A program made the translations under genes and the position numbers. A DNA stretch of 64,000 bases from Minisyncoccota bacterium (GTDB lineage Bacteria; Patescibacteriota; Minisyncoccia; Phycocordibacterales; UBA918): contig JAWKSQ010000001.1 in the NCBI GenBank assembly GCA_041389045.1, positions 75,063-139,062 on the forward strand. The letters are read 5' to 3'. Below are positions 8,645-18,890 of the stretch, in pieces. Under the pieces are notes generated by a model that saw nothing but the letters and a program-made list of their open reading frames with translations, did not search any database and had not been told where the DNA came from. Position 1 is the stretch's first letter; every line of letters begins with the position of its first letter.

Positions 8645-9097
8645 ATGGATAGCAAACCAGAAGAATTTACTACTAATCCAGAAACTCAGACAAACGCTGA
8701 AAGCACTACTCCTGTTACTCCTTCACCAGTTGCGGAGACTACCACTGAAGACACAAAATCAAACTCTTCTGAACTGGAGTTTTCTGAACACACTATGATG
8801 GCTGCCTTAGCTTATGTGGGTCCGTTAGTCTTCATTCCTTTATTTATGAAGAAAGACGATCCTTTTACTTTCTTTCACGTTAAACAAGGACTAGTTCTGT
8901 TCGGTATGGAAGTCGTACTATGGCTAGTTGGGGGGTGGTTTATGATGGGTATCATGTTTGGACCAATGTCTACTGTACTAATGGTTATTAAGTTAGTTAT
9001 ATTCGTTTTGGCTATACTTGGTATCATGAACGCCCTAAAGAAGGTCCAGAAAGAAATTCCAGTTGTCGGCAAATTTGCCCATCATATAAAGATTTAG
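8645..9097 (+). CDS. membrane protein (DUF4870-like) with acidic/Thr-rich N-terminal tail
   Basis: 150-aa ORF. The segment ALAYVGPLVFIPLF...FHVKQGLVLF is typical of small DUF4870-type membrane proteins; this is from recall only. Confidence 0.45.
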   Translation: MDSKPEEFTTNPETQTNAESTTPVTPSPVAETTTEDTKSNSSELEFSEHTMMAALAYVGPLVFIPLFMKKDDPFTFFHVKQGLVLFGMEVVLWLVGGWFMMGIMFGPMSTVLMVIKLVIFVLAILGIMNALKKVQKEIPVVGKFAHHIKI

Positions 9098-9273
9098 AGT
9101 TGAGGATGGACTATTACCCTAACCTAGATTAGTGGCTTCATCGGAAAAGCTTGTGTTTATGTGTATATGTGCTTTAATAAGCACAGCGAAACAGCACTCC
9201 TCCGAAACAAGGTGAAAGCGTTGATCAGGTGAAGTAAAGTTTTGTCGTTAATCAAAGTATAAATAAAAATCAA

Positions 9274-9504
9274 ATGACAGGTTCAATTGTTCGAAAGCGA
9301 GATAATGGTTATGGTTTTATCAAGCCAGATAATGGTGATAAGGATGTTTTCTTTCACGCACAATCTCTAGTAGACGTCGCTTTTGACGATCTGCAAGAAG
9401 GTGACTTGGTTACTTTTGATGTAGAGCAAGGTCCAAAAGGCCCAGCTGCAACAAATGTACGCCTAGCATCAAACGGCGGCGCTGCTGCTAATGACGCTCA
9501 ATAA
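9274..9504 (+). CDS. cold-shock domain protein
   Basis: 76-aa ORF with an RNP1-like GYGFIKP and an RNP2-like DVFFH. A long 5' leader (9100-9273) is typical of csp genes. Confidence 0.85.
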   Translation: MTGSIVRKRDNGYGFIKPDNGDKDVFFHAQSLVDVAFDDLQEGDLVTFDVEQGPKGPAATNVRLASNGGAAANDAQ

Positions 9505-9519
9505 TTAAGCCTCACTAAG

Positions 9520-9556
9520 AAAATGACCACGCTCCGTACGGAGCGTGGTCATTTTC
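9520..9556 (+). terminator. rho-independent terminator after csp
   Basis: aaaatgaccacgctccgtacggagcgtggtcatttt: a perfect 14-bp stem. Confidence 0.75.
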
Positions 9557-9700
9557 TATTTACCGCTTTTAATAAAAAACCATAAGGGAAAAGTCTTTAA
9601 AAAATTTAATGTTGTGATAGTCAACAAAACCTTAACAAAAATATCATTTCGTGCTAAAAACAAAGTGGCGCTGGTGCCACAATAAAAGAAGGAGAACGTG

Positions 9701-10108
9701 ATGGACGTGAGTGCAGTAGAAGAGATAGTTCAAACGGTGAGTACTAATCTGCTCCGCATACTGGTAAGCAAACCTTTCCAAGGTATCGCCCCAAACCAAG
9801 GTATTTTGAGCCTCACAGACATAACCGACTATCTGAACGACACCTTCAAACCGGCTCAGGAACAAATCCCTGAACGACTGGTAGCAGTCTACTTGAATCG
9901 AGCTGCTCGCTATGACTGGATCAGACCAACAGGAGGCAGTCTGTTTACACCAACTGACTCTGGACAAATTCTGGGAAGGTATGTGAAGCTGCTCGCCGAA
10001 GACGCGAAGCCTGGAGATCGTTTACACAAGGTATTGCCTGCAAGAGACTACCTCCACTATCACAACTTACCTGATGATTTTGACAATCAGCGTCAATTCC
10101 GGCACTGA
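9701..10108 (+). CDS. hypothetical protein
   Basis: The ORF track gives 9698-10108. An ATG at 9701 is preceded by AAGGAG. A terminator-like hairpin follows at 10126-10148. No family is recognised. Confidence 0.4.
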   Translation: MDVSAVEEIVQTVSTNLLRILVSKPFQGIAPNQGILSLTDITDYLNDTFKPAQEQIPERLVAVYLNRAARYDWIRPTGGSLFTPTDSGQILGRYVKLLAEDAKPGDRLHKVLPARDYLHYHNLPDDFDNQRQFRH

Positions 10109-10219
10109 AAGCCAGGCCAGGACTTTAAGCGACCCCAGGGTCGCTTTTACTTTATTTAAAGATTAATGATTTTAACAAAAATTAGCCAACCGCAAATAAC
10201 TGGCATACAATGTATAAGT

Positions 10220-11155
10220 ATGAAAAATATTTTGATTGCATTTATTTGCTTATTTGTGGTTGGCGGAGCTGTTTATTACTTTATTTCTAAGGACCAAACA
10301 GACGTAAATTACGAGAAACCGGAACTAACTCCGACTCAAACTGAAAATAATATTCCTGAAGTAGAAACCCCAGTTACTGAAAATGAGGTAGCTACCCCGA
10401 CTGTCGTTCGAGGTGAAATGGAAGTAATTGGACAGTCAGTTGGCGGAGAAGATATTGTTGCTTACCACTTTGGTACTGGCGACAAAGAAGCTTTGTTCAT
10501 TGGCGGTATCCATGGTGGCTACTCTTGGAACACTGCTCTCTTAGCTTACGAATTAATTGACTGGCTCAAAAAAACTCCAACGGCGATTCCAGATGATGTC
10601 TCAGTCACTATTATTCCGACTCTCAATCCAGACGGACTGAAGAAAATTGCTGGTACTTCTGGTAGTTTCACTGCCGCCTCAATTACTGGTACAGAAGCAG
10701 ACAAAGCTAAGGCGAGATTCAATAACAACAACGTTGATTTAAATCGAAACTTTAGTTGTGAATGGAAAGCGGTTGGTACTTGGCAAAACCAAAGTGTTAG
10801 TGGTGGTAGTGAGCCTTTCTCTGAACCAGAAACAAAAGCCATCCGTGCTTACGTGGCAAAGTATGAGCCAAGTGCTGTCGTAACTTGGTACAGTGCTGCC
10901 GGCGGGGTTTACGCTTCAAATTGTAAGCAAGGCATCCTACCGGAAACAAAAGCCTTGACTGAACTTTTTGCTAAGGCTTCCGGCTATAGCGCTCATGAGG
11001 AATTCAATTATTACGAAATAACTGGTGATATGGTGAACTGGTTTGCTAGTGAAAATATTCCCGCTATTAGTGTTCTACTAACTGATCACAAAAATAGTGA
11101 ACTCAATAAAAACAAAGCCGGAGTAGAAGCCGTCCTAAATTATCTAGCTGAATAA
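10220..11155 (+). CDS. M14 zinc-carboxypeptidase-like protein, predicted catalytically inactive paralog
   Basis: The ORF track starts at 10166. The internal ATG at 10220 gives a signal-anchor (MKNILIAFICLFVVGG). It retains VDLNRNF, but the positions aligned with the active paralog read HGGYSW (E to S), TWYSAAG (H to Y) and ISVLLTD (E to L). Confidence 0.65.
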   Translation: MKNILIAFICLFVVGGAVYYFISKDQTDVNYEKPELTPTQTENNIPEVETPVTENEVATPTVVRGEMEVIGQSVGGEDIVAYHFGTGDKEALFIGGIHGGYSWNTALLAYELIDWLKKTPTAIPDDVSVTIIPTLNPDGLKKIAGTSGSFTAASITGTEADKAKARFNNNNVDLNRNFSCEWKAVGTWQNQSVSGGSEPFSEPETKAIRAYVAKYEPSAVVTWYSAAGGVYASNCKQGILPETKALTELFAKASGYSAHEEFNYYEITGDMVNWFASENIPAISVLLTDHKNSELNKNKAGVEAVLNYLAE

Positions 11156-12063
11156 TGACTTTTGCGACTAACAGGTTTCTTATCGTCATTGGTCTAGGAG
11201 TTATCTTTATCATTGGTGGCTTAGTTTTTTGGTTAAACCCTAGTGAGCCAGAGGTAGATACTATACCCGAGCCCGTCATCGAAGAAGAAGTCGAACCAGA
11301 AGTAACAGTTCCTAAAGTAGAGTCAATCGGCACCTCTGTCGAGAACCGAAATATTGAAGTCTATACTTATGGCACTGGCGAGAAGACTTTAGTCTTCGTC
11401 GGGGGAATGCATGGTGGATACGAGTGGAATAGTGTCTTAGTGGCTTACGAATTTATTGATGAACTTGAAAATGGCACATTTACAGTACCGGAAGAATTTA
11501 CCTTAAAGATCATACCAGCCCTTAATCCTGACGGACTCTTCAAAGTAGTTCAGAAAGAAGGACGTTTTCTAGCTACAGACATACCACCTAACGACGCTCA
11601 TCAAACTGGGGCAGGAAGGTTCAACAGCCATAACGTTGACCTCAATCGTAACTTCGCTTGCAAGTGGCAACCAGAAAGTACTTGGCGAGGTAAGACTGTT
11701 AGTGCCGGTACCAGTGCTTTTTCAGAACCAGAATCTCTGGCCCTGAAAAACCTAATCGAAAAAACGAATCCCTTGGCGGTAGTTTTTTGGCACAGCCAAG
11801 CTAACAACGTTTATGCCTCTGAATGTCTAAATGGGGTCTTACCCAAGACACTGGAAATCATGAACGCGTATGCTAAGGCAGGTGGTTATGGTGCTGTCGC
11901 TAGCTTTGATGCTTATCCAGTAACCGGAGACGCGGAAGGATGGCTAGCCTCAATAAACATTCCCGCTATCACCGTAGAACTTGAAGGTAGAACTACTCCA
12001 GAATGGACTCGCAATCGAGCAGGTATAGAAGCGGTCATAAAATCCTTTAGTTCTAGTAACTAA
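11155..12063 (+). CDS. M14 family zinc carboxypeptidase (membrane-anchored)
   Basis: 302-aa ORF whose start overlaps the upstream stop (ATAATG). MHGGYEW, VDLNRNF, FWHSQ and TVELEG match the M14 zinc-ligand and catalytic positions. Confidence 0.7.
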   Translation: MTFATNRFLIVIGLGVIFIIGGLVFWLNPSEPEVDTIPEPVIEEEVEPEVTVPKVESIGTSVENRNIEVYTYGTGEKTLVFVGGMHGGYEWNSVLVAYEFIDELENGTFTVPEEFTLKIIPALNPDGLFKVVQKEGRFLATDIPPNDAHQTGAGRFNSHNVDLNRNFACKWQPESTWRGKTVSAGTSAFSEPESLALKNLIEKTNPLAVVFWHSQANNVYASECLNGVLPKTLEIMNAYAKAGGYGAVASFDAYPVTGDAEGWLASINIPAITVELEGRTTPEWTRNRAGIEAVIKSFSSSN

Positions 12064-12068
12064 ATATC

Positions 12069-12110
12069 AGCCACAATAAAGGCCCCGCGAGCGGGGCCTT
12101 TATTGTGGCT
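12069..12110. terminator. bidirectional terminator hairpin
   Basis: agccacaataaaggcccc...ggggcctttattgtggct lies between convergent genes. Confidence 0.7.
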
Positions 12111-12120
12111 GGGTTTTAAT

Positions 12121-14622
12121 TTACGATTTGTCTCGATCAAATAAAGCTGTGACAATAAACAGTGAACCGATAACGAGCAAAGTAACAACTCGCCAAACAA
12201 TTTCCATTTCCCAAATATCAATCAAGACGATGTGAAGTATTACAATCACTAATAGTGAAACTCCAGCGTATTTGAAATCTGGCTTTTTAATTCGCTTACC
12301 GTATAAGTAAGACAGTAGACCAAGCACAGTATAAACAAACAAAGCTAATGATACTGCTCCCGCTCCATCTGCCACAGTGTGTGAAATAGACCAGACCAAA
12401 CCAACTGAATAAACAAAAGCGAGACCGAACAATAATTTGCTCCAGGCCAAGACGTTTTTTTCGTCTTCATTATTCTCACTACTGTAGTGACGTCGCAGTC
12501 CCATCGCTAACAACACAAACACCGCTACCAAACCAAACAGACCAACTGGCTCGGCCGAGAGGACTCCCTCATTCCAGCCACCAAGATTAAATGATGAAAG
12601 GGACATAATAATTGGTAAGGCTAGAGCGCTGATAGATGTCCCAATCCAATTGATGTTAGCCCGCAATAAAACAAAGAGGGAAGTCAGTCCGTACAGTACC
12701 CAAGCGTAACTGCTGTAGATGGCCACCGTCGCTAACACCCTTGAATCTAAAAGTCCATGCCAAAAGACATAGAAGAAAGTGAAGAGATAAATGACCGTCA
12801 CCATGATGAGGTTACCAACCACTCGCCTTAAGACCGCATCATAATCTTTACAAAAACGCTGGGTGATAGTTAGTGTCGTCAAAAACAAAACCAGAAGAAT
12901 ACTTAGTACCCCGAACCCATCTGGGTGCCTGAGACCATCTTCCCAAGCCGAGCTCGCAAAAGACGGCAGACTAAACATCACCGGTATCGTAAGCGAAGAA
13001 GTAGCATAAACCATGAGATTAACCGATGACTTCAATCTTAGTAAATAATATATGTATGAGAGTGAGATGATCGCCCACATTATATAGGTAATCACTAAAG
13101 CTTCTGGATCATTAAACAAACTGCCGGCTACGACCGCCACCACGGCGTAAGCGTAGAAAAATGCCAAAGTACCAAAAGTGCTAGCTAATGTTTGCCCATA
13201 CTTATGAACCGCCACCGTCGGTTGATGTATCAACCATAAAGCAGAGAGGAAAAGTGACGAACACATACTATAAATCACTAAGGCACTTGAATGCCAAATA
13301 CCCGCTTCCCAGTCTGAGCTAACGAAAAAAATGAGCGATCCTAACAGTGGTAAAAGATAAGTGAAAGCAACTACACTAATTACTCGAGACGGTAGCCCAA
13401 GATAAGTAGCGACCAAAAAGGCTGCGGTTATTTCTGCAATGTAAGCGAGGATAAGTTCAGACTCAGAAAAAAGGAAACTGGTACCAACTAAGACCCCCGC
13501 TCCCGCACCAGCAATAAAGACCGCCACCACCTTAAGAGGAAAATTTCTTTCCGCCAGCAAGTAACCCATAGCACCAATAACGAAGGTGGCCATGAAAATT
13601 GCGATACTCGGTTCCTTGGTTAATTCTGAAGCGAAAGCCACGTAACTTACAGCCAGAATACCAAAGGTGGTGACATCAATGGCTTGTGGCTTTGCCGAGA
13701 CAGTCAGGGACCGAGTGATACTAGCAAAAAACAAAAGGGAGAATACGACCACAAACAACCACAAAGTAACATCAGCAATTGAGTTGTCTGTCGCAATGAT
13801 AGTTTGGTAACAAGTAACACCAGCTAACATTATTAAAGTTAGTGATCGTATCTCCATCTTCAGTCCCACAAAAATCAATCCCGCCGTTAGCACCAATAAG
13901 TAGAGCAATAACCAAAGTGGCTCAGCAACACTACCAATCAATAGTGGTACTAGTAACCCTAGGACTCCTGAAAGAATAGTGAGCCATGACACCTTCGTCT
14001 CGAAAGCAACGAAAACTGTGTACCCGATACTAAACGCTAAAAGCGCGAGGGCAAATACTGGAGAGAACATTTGAAAAACTACTTGGGCGGCGGAGACGGT
14101 AGCGCAAACAATACCGGTCCCAAGAGCAGTCAAAACTAGATACTGTGTCACTTCGATTTTTGATCGATACCAAGCTAAGGCGTAGGTGGCCAGAGCTAGA
14201 GCAAAGCCGAGGGCGATACGTAACTCTGGTGAGAGCCAACCCTTTTCAATAGCATAACTTACAAACCAAGCGGCTCCTAAGAAAAAGAAAAGTCCACCAA
14301 TTTTTATTAAGGTATGTTCCTTAAACCAAGACACTAAGAGAAGTTCATCGGTCTCCTTTGAAGACTGTGCTTTAAGCAACTGCTCATGCTCATGCACTTC
14401 TAGTGGAGCAAAACCAACATTTGGTAGTGGTCGTGGGGCAGGAGGAATAGCTACCGGAGAAAAATCTGGCTTCGGTATTTCTGAAAGTGACTTCGGGGAA
14501 TCAGACTTCGGTTCAGTAAAATTATTTCGAGTGACTCCTTTTTCTAGGTCAGTTACTCGATCTCTTAGTTGTAAATGAGAGACTAGTAAGAATAAAAACG
14601 CAATTACTAAAATAGCTATCAT
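12121..14622 (-). CDS. large polytopic membrane protein (DUF2339-like)
   Basis: 833-aa ORF that is almost entirely hydrophobic helices after a short N-terminal region. The family call is from recall. Confidence 0.55.
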   Translation of the reverse strand: MIAILVIAFLFLLVSHLQLRDRVTDLEKGVTRNNFTEPKSDSPKSLSEIPKPDFSPVAIPPAPRPLPNVGFAPLEVHEHEQLLKAQSSKETDELLLVSWFKEHTLIKIGGLFFFLGAAWFVSYAIEKGWLSPELRIALGFALALATYALAWYRSKIEVTQYLVLTALGTGIVCATVSAAQVVFQMFSPVFALALLAFSIGYTVFVAFETKVSWLTILSGVLGLLVPLLIGSVAEPLWLLLYLLVLTAGLIFVGLKMEIRSLTLIMLAGVTCYQTIIATDNSIADVTLWLFVVVFSLLFFASITRSLTVSAKPQAIDVTTFGILAVSYVAFASELTKEPSIAIFMATFVIGAMGYLLAERNFPLKVVAVFIAGAGAGVLVGTSFLFSESELILAYIAEITAAFLVATYLGLPSRVISVVAFTYLLPLLGSLIFFVSSDWEAGIWHSSALVIYSMCSSLFLSALWLIHQPTVAVHKYGQTLASTFGTLAFFYAYAVVAVVAGSLFNDPEALVITYIMWAIISLSYIYYLLRLKSSVNLMVYATSSLTIPVMFSLPSFASSAWEDGLRHPDGFGVLSILLVLFLTTLTITQRFCKDYDAVLRRVVGNLIMVTVIYLFTFFYVFWHGLLDSRVLATVAIYSSYAWVLYGLTSLFVLLRANINWIGTSISALALPIIMSLSSFNLGGWNEGVLSAEPVGLFGLVAVFVLLAMGLRRHYSSENNEDEKNVLAWSKLLFGLAFVYSVGLVWSISHTVADGAGAVSLALFVYTVLGLLSYLYGKRIKKPDFKYAGVSLLVIVILHIVLIDIWEMEIVWRVVTLLVIGSLFIVTALFDRDKS

Positions 14623-14692
14623 AAAAAATATTAAGTTATGCTCTAAGTATGCGCCAAATAAATCTATCTGTCACGGCAAACTTTGCACCAAA

Positions 14693-15628
14693 CTATTTTT
14701 TTCTTTTGGAGTGAAATTGTTTATGAACGGCTCTGAGATGAGAGTCAGTGACGTGAGTATAAATCTGGGTGGTACCAATATGTGCATGACCAAGGAGAGC
14801 TTGCACTGAACGTAGGTCTGCGCCATTACTTAGAAGGTCAGTAGCGAAACTGTGTCTAATAACGTGTGGGGTGACTTTACGTGTGATACCAGCTTTAGTG
14901 GCATAGTGCTTTAAAAGTCTCTGCACCGTACGCGGTGTCACTCTGGCTTCTTCACCAATATGTGCCTTCTTACCGTAGCGAACAAAGAGAGCATCGTCCA
15001 TATCTTTCCGAGCACTTAAATAATCTTTAATTTTCGCGCGGGCCGTATCGGAAAGAAAAACTACACGCACTTTATCTCCCTTACCTCTAACTGAAAATTC
15101 ATCGCGAGACAAATCCACATCATCAATCGACAAAGAGCAGAGCTCTGAGATACGTAAACCAGTCGAAAATAAAAGTTCGAGAATAGCTTTGTCTCTTTTA
15201 CCTTCTAAGGTGTCTGTCTTAGGTGAGGACATTAACCGTTCTAGTTCGGCGGTGGAAATTAAATCCAAAGAACGTTCCGGGACTTTAGCTAACTCTATCC
15301 GCTCCGGTGAGACCGACTCAATTCCGCGCTTACGCAAAAACTTCAAAAAGGCCCGCAGGGCTATTAGGTAATAATTTTGGGTACGGCGTTTCATTGGTTC
15401 GGTGCGACCACCAATTTTAGTGCCGGCTTGGCGGTTAAGGTGTAATCGGAATTCACGGATCTGTTCCTCAGTGAGGGCACTAGGCTTAGTCACCTTCACA
15501 AAGGTAAAAAACCGACTCAGATAGCGGTCATAATTCTCGACAGTCTTCACACTCCGTCCCCGTTCGATTTCGAGATACTCTAAAAATTGTCGTTTGAGTT
15601 CCACAAGCGTCATGACTATAGTATACAA
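14693..15628 (-). CDS. tyrosine recombinase XerC/XerD family
   Basis: 311-aa ORF with an N-terminal SAM-like core-binding domain. The C-terminal catalytic motifs are HVIRHSFAT and LLGHAHIGTTQIYTHV. The start may be the internal Met at 15613. Confidence 0.85.
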   Translation of the reverse strand: MYTIVMTLVELKRQFLEYLEIERGRSVKTVENYDRYLSRFFTFVKVTKPSALTEEQIREFRLHLNRQAGTKIGGRTEPMKRRTQNYYLIALRAFLKFLRKRGIESVSPERIELAKVPERSLDLISTAELERLMSSPKTDTLEGKRDKAILELLFSTGLRISELCSLSIDDVDLSRDEFSVRGKGDKVRVVFLSDTARAKIKDYLSARKDMDDALFVRYGKKAHIGEEARVTPRTVQRLLKHYATKAGITRKVTPHVIRHSFATDLLSNGADLRSVQALLGHAHIGTTQIYTHVTDSHLRAVHKQFHSKRKK

Positions 15629-15676
15629 CGATTATACCGACACCGTTTTGACAAACTGTCGAACTCTTAGTCTGGC

Positions 15677-15705
15677 TTGCCTATTTAGACTTTTTATGCT
15701 ATAGT
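15677..15705 (+). promoter_or_regulatory. sigma70-like promoter upstream of rpsO
   Basis: TTGCCT, a 17-nt spacer, then TATAGT preceded by TGc (extended -10). It is followed by a leader of about 85 nt with pairing potential. Confidence 0.4.
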
Positions 15706-15791
15706 TATAGGAACCTTCGCGGTTAATCCTGTGTGCTCCTTATATGCACTTCGTGCGTATCTAATATAGGCGAGCCGCTTCATTCATATAT

Positions 15792-16058
15792 ATGTTAACA
15801 AAACGAGTAAAAGAAAACGTGCTGAAGGGTAGTCAGCGTCACGAAGGTGATACTGGTTCTCCAGAAGCTCAGGTGTCATTATTGACCAGGCAGATTGAGG
15901 AACTTTCTACTCACTTGCGCAAGCATAAGAAAGACTTCCACTCTCGTCGCGGACTACTACAAATGGTAGCCGACCGAAGAAAGCACCTAAATTACTTAGA
16001 GAAGAAAGATGAGAAATCATACCAATCTCTAATTAAGAAGTTAGGCCTTAAGCGCTAA
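15792..16058 (+). CDS. rpsO: 30S ribosomal protein S15
   Basis: 88-aa ORF with [14 protein letters not shown] and [16 protein letters not shown], the classic S15 sequence. Confidence 0.95.
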   Translation: MLTKRVKENVLKGSQRHEGDTGSPEAQVSLLTRQIEELSTHLRKHKKDFHSRRGLLQMVADRRKHLNYLEKKDEKSYQSLIKKLGLKR

Positions 16059-16060
16059 AT

Positions 16061-16087
16061 AAAAATGCTCCAGTCTGGAGCATTTTT
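16061..16087 (+). terminator. rho-independent terminator after rpsO
   Basis: aaaaatgctccagtctggagcattttt. Confidence 0.7.
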
Positions 16088-16149
16088 ACGTTTCACGCTA
16101 TAGTGAACACAGATCAGTATTTTAATAAGAGGAACTAAATTATTTTTAT

Positions 16150-16734
16150 ATGGGAATTATCCGACATCCGGAACAACGAGTGGCCATTTTAATTGACACT
16201 CAGAATCTTTATCACAGTGCCAAAAATTTATACAAATCAAAAGTAAACTTCGCAGCAGTCGTTAAAGCTGCTCTCGGTAACCGCAAACTTATTCGCGCAC
16301 TATCTTATGTGGTTAATACCGAGGGAGGGGAAGAGACCCCTTTCTTTGAGGCGCTCGAAAAAGTTGGTATCGAAATCAAAACCAAAGACTTGCAAATATT
16401 TTACGGTGGAGCCAAGAAGGCTGACTGGGATGTGGGTTTGGCTATCGACGCCATCAAGCTCGCTCACAAAGTCGATGCAATTATTATCGCGACTGGTGAT
16501 GGTGACTTCATACCACTAGTTGAATATGTTAAGAGCCAAGGTTGCCAAGTAGAGGTGATTACTTTTGGTCGCTCAGCTTCATCACGTTTGCGTGAAGTAG
16601 TTGATGACTTCATTGACATGGACGAAAATCCGCACGAATTTTTAATCGGTTACAAAACTAGCAAACGCGGAAACAAAACTTCACTCAGACGACACATCAA
16701 AAAAATTGTTGGGACTGATACTGACAACGACTAG
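16150..16734 (+). CDS. NYN-domain (LabA-like) protein
   Basis: 194-aa ORF. RVAILIDTQNLYHSA and IIATGDGDFIPLV are typical of the NYN/LabA PIN-like fold. Confidence 0.7.
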   Translation: MGIIRHPEQRVAILIDTQNLYHSAKNLYKSKVNFAAVVKAALGNRKLIRALSYVVNTEGGEETPFFEALEKVGIEIKTKDLQIFYGGAKKADWDVGLAIDAIKLAHKVDAIIIATGDGDFIPLVEYVKSQGCQVEVITFGRSASSRLREVVDDFIDMDENPHEFLIGYKTSKRGNKTSLRRHIKKIVGTDTDND

Positions 16735-16766
16735 TAATTAATTAATACTCACTTTCACGACGAACT

Positions 16767-18890
16767 ATGCAAAGAAAAATCTATACTACAGAATTTGGTG
16801 GCCGAACTCTCACCGCAGAATTTAATGACCTGACTGCTCACACCAACGGTTCAGTTATGCTCACTTACGGTGAGACAGTTATCCTTGTCACAGCAGTAAT
16901 GGGTCGGGAAGAAAATTCTGCTCTACCTTACTTTCCACTTTCAGTTGAATTCGAAGAAAAATTTTATGCGGCTGGAGAAATCTTAGGTAGTAGATTTATG
17001 CGTCGTGAAGGCCGTCCGAGTGACGAGGCAGTACTTTCGGCTAGAATTGTCGACCGAACTATTCGTCCACTTTTTTATTCTCACTTACGTATCGACATTC
17101 AAGTAGTCGTAACTGTTCTATCGATCGGCGAAGATGACCCTGATGTTCTGGGCGTCATTGGTGCGTCGTTAGCACTTTCAACTTCTAACATTCCTTGGCA
17201 AGGTCCGGTCGGAGCTGTCCGGATCGCCAGAAGAAAAGTTGACGGTAAAATTATTTTTAATCCTACCTACACTGAGAGAGAAATTGGTGAACTAGACTTG
17301 GAAGTACTAGCTTGCGGTAAGGACGGTAACATCAACATGATTGAAACCGCTGCCTACGAAGTAGGGGAAGAAGAAATCATTTCGGCTCTAACCGAAGCCA
17401 CTAAGATACACGGTGAACTAGAAGCTTGGCAAAAAAACATCATTGCCGAAATTGGTAAAGAGAAGCGGGTTTTGTCTACTCCAGAGATACCATCCGTTCT
17501 TGAAACTTTTTTTGCTGACTCTTTTTTAACTAAGCTACAACAAACACTCTTCAGCGACCAAGCTGGTAAAGATCATATCTATGAGTTAAAAAATTCTTTC
17601 TTGGAAGCTGTCTCCGCCATTGAACCACCGATCGATAAAAAAATCGCCGGTGCTTATTTTGAAGAACAGATAGACTTAGAGTTACACAAGGGAGCTGTCC
17701 TCGAAGGGAAGCGGGCTGACGGACGAGACTTTGACGCCGTACGAGAACTCTACGCACAAGCTGGTGGGGTGTCCCCAGTCCTTCATGGTTCAGGTATTTT
17801 TTATCGAGGGGGGACCAGAATATTTTCCGCTCTAACTTTAGGCGGACCTGAAGCAGCCCAAATGATAGATACCATGGAAGAAAGACATGTAAAAAAGAAT
17901 TTCATGCACCACTACAACTTCCCGCCATTTTCAGTTGGTGAAACCGGGAGAGTTGGTGGTTTTAACCGACGAATGATCGGTCATGGGGCTCTAGCTGAAA
18001 AGGCATTGGTACCGGTCATTCCTAGTAAGGAAGTTTTTCCTTACACCATTCGTTTAGTTTCGGAAACTATGTCTAGTAACGGTTCTAGTTCGATGGGTTC
18101 AGTCTGCGCCTCTACCTTGGCCTTAATGGACGGTGGTGTCCCGATACTTAGACCTGTGGCTGGTATTGCGTCAGGAGTAATGATCCTAGGCAGTGACTAC
18201 AAATTACTAACTGACATTCAAGGACCAGAGGATGAATTTGGTGACATGGACTTTAAAGTAGCTGGCACGACTGAAGGAGTGACCGCTATTCAAATGGACG
18301 TGAAAGTAGCTGGTATTCCACTACAAATTTTAGGAGAAGCCCTAGAAAAAGCGCGCTTAGCGAGAATTCATATCTTAAAAACTATGACCGAAGCCATTGC
18401 TTCACCAAGACCAAACATCTCACCACGAGCGCCAGAAATTGTTTCTCTCACCATCCTCCCCGAACAAATTGGTCTAGTGATTGGTTCTGGTGGTAAAACC
18501 ATTAACGGTATCAAAGACCAAACTGGTGTCGAAGAGATAGTAATTGAGGATGATGGAATTGTTTATATTACTGGTAAAAATGGCACCGCTGGTTTGGCAG
18601 CTGAAAAGATTAAAGCCCTAACTAAGAGATATGCTGTAGGCGAAAAGGTGGAAGCTACCATTACGAAAATTGCTACTTTCGGTGCCTTTGCAAAACTCGA
18701 TACATATAATGAAGGTTTGATACATATTTCTGAAATTGCACCTTTCCGACTAGAAAACCTAGACGGATTACTTACAGTTGGAGAAACTATCCCGGTCATT
18801 GTTAGTAAAATTGAAGAAGGTAAAATTGGCTTATCCATTAAGCAATTAGACCCTGATTTTGCTACCAACCGGGGGATAAAACGCCCATAA
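16767..18890 (+). CDS. pnp: polyribonucleotide nucleotidyltransferase (PNPase)
   Basis: 707-aa ORF with two RNase PH-like domains, a KH domain (GLVIGSGGKTINGI) and an S1 domain (GEKVEATITKIATFGAFAKL). Confidence 0.95.
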   Translation: MQRKIYTTEFGGRTLTAEFNDLTAHTNGSVMLTYGETVILVTAVMGREENSALPYFPLSVEFEEKFYAAGEILGSRFMRREGRPSDEAVLSARIVDRTIRPLFYSHLRIDIQVVVTVLSIGEDDPDVLGVIGASLALSTSNIPWQGPVGAVRIARRKVDGKIIFNPTYTEREIGELDLEVLACGKDGNINMIETAAYEVGEEEIISALTEATKIHGELEAWQKNIIAEIGKEKRVLSTPEIPSVLETFFADSFLTKLQQTLFSDQAGKDHIYELKNSFLEAVSAIEPPIDKKIAGAYFEEQIDLELHKGAVLEGKRADGRDFDAVRELYAQAGGVSPVLHGSGIFYRGGTRIFSALTLGGPEAAQMIDTMEERHVKKNFMHHYNFPPFSVGETGRVGGFNRRMIGHGALAEKALVPVIPSKEVFPYTIRLVSETMSSNGSSSMGSVCASTLALMDGGVPILRPVAGIASGVMILGSDYKLLTDIQGPEDEFGDMDFKVAGTTEGVTAIQMDVKVAGIPLQILGEALEKARLARIHILKTMTEAIASPRPNISPRAPEIVSLTILPEQIGLVIGSGGKTINGIKDQTGVEEIVIEDDGIVYITGKNGTAGLAAEKIKALTKRYAVGEKVEATITKIATFGAFAKLDTYNEGLIHISEIAPFRLENLDGLLTVGETIPVIVSKIEEGKIGLSIKQLDPDFATNRGIKRP

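Noticed and set aside
14693-15628. Tyrosine recombinase as the integrase of a mobile element.
   Set aside because: Its length and motifs fit housekeeping XerC/XerD. It is flanked by core genes (a DUF2339-like membrane protein and rpsO). It lies 40 kb from the accessory island, and no att-like repeats were seen.
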